Part shown: positions 63,904 to 64,000 of the stretch, one piece after another
How positions within the stretch are numbered: the stretch's first letter is position 1
Layout of the letters: each line of letters opens with the position of its first letter
Assembly (NCBI GenBank): GCA_001600695.1
Contig: BCKQ01000001.1
Location: 978,326-1,042,325, forward strand
Reading direction: 5' to 3'
DNA from: Ascoidea asiatica JCM 7603
Taxonomy: Eukaryota; Fungi; Ascomycota
DNA: 64,000 nt
Translations under genes and position numbers: made by a program
The notes under the pieces: model-generated
Database searches by the model: none
The model's input: the letters and a program-made list of their open reading frames with translations, nothing else
Told to the model about the DNA's origin: nothing

Positions 63904-64000
<97 letters not shown>
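61813..64000 (+). CDS. Uncharacterised protein, 3'-truncated by the window edge (>729 aa)
   Basis: Read by hand from ATG 61813 (MNNSNQFLNETEIIPDD..) with no stop before nt 64000. It is missing from the ORF track because it has no stop. N/D-rich 4-residue repeats, then an aromatic-rich globular-looking region, then poly-Asn. Confidence 0.8.
63904..64000 (+). repeat. Perfect (AAT)32+ microsatellite encoding poly-Asn
   Basis: Uninterrupted AAT run to the window end, in frame with the ORF from 61813. Confidence 0.95.

Noticed and set aside
1-64000. tRNA, rRNA, RNase P/MRP, telomerase RNA and transposon genes
   Set aside because: No T-loop GTTCRA cloverleaf, rRNA, conserved RNase P regions or RT/integrase/transposase motifs were recognised by eye. 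A divergent telomerase RNA in 44615-48365 cannot be excluded without the telomere repeat.

Overview
Very AT-rich budding-yeast (Saccharomycotina) nuclear DNA with about 24 protein-coding genes, many carrying poly-Asn or other low-complexity inserts. A complex I subunit (NDUFA5) and a stomatin gene argue against Saccharomyces. An Ascoidea-like lineage is my guess from composition only. Recognisable genes: stomatin, AUR1, TFC3, SSO-type syntaxin, GPI15, SSA-type HSP70, VPS16, ELC1, a TBC Rab-GAP, ARP1, NOP15, CMD1 (intron), RRP42, SSF1 (intron), a divergent DIP5-like permease, NDUFA5, SPT21/Ams2, SGD1 and ECM9, plus several orphans. Main items the ORF track misses or leaves unexplained: (1) two almost identical intron-containing U3 snoRNA genes about 48.9 kb apart; (2) a short Candida-type CDC13 (DBD+OB4); (3) a calmodulin intron with an internal AG|GT junction whose proximal acceptor gives Met-Val-stop; (4) helically phased GAA/TTC arrays upstream of HSP70; (5) a dense TTGCG/CGCAA cluster upstream of a permease that has lost conserved motifs. 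I saw no tRNA, rRNA, transposon or CRISPR array. All homology calls come from remembered motifs, not from searches. I cannot claim a wholly new multi-gene system.
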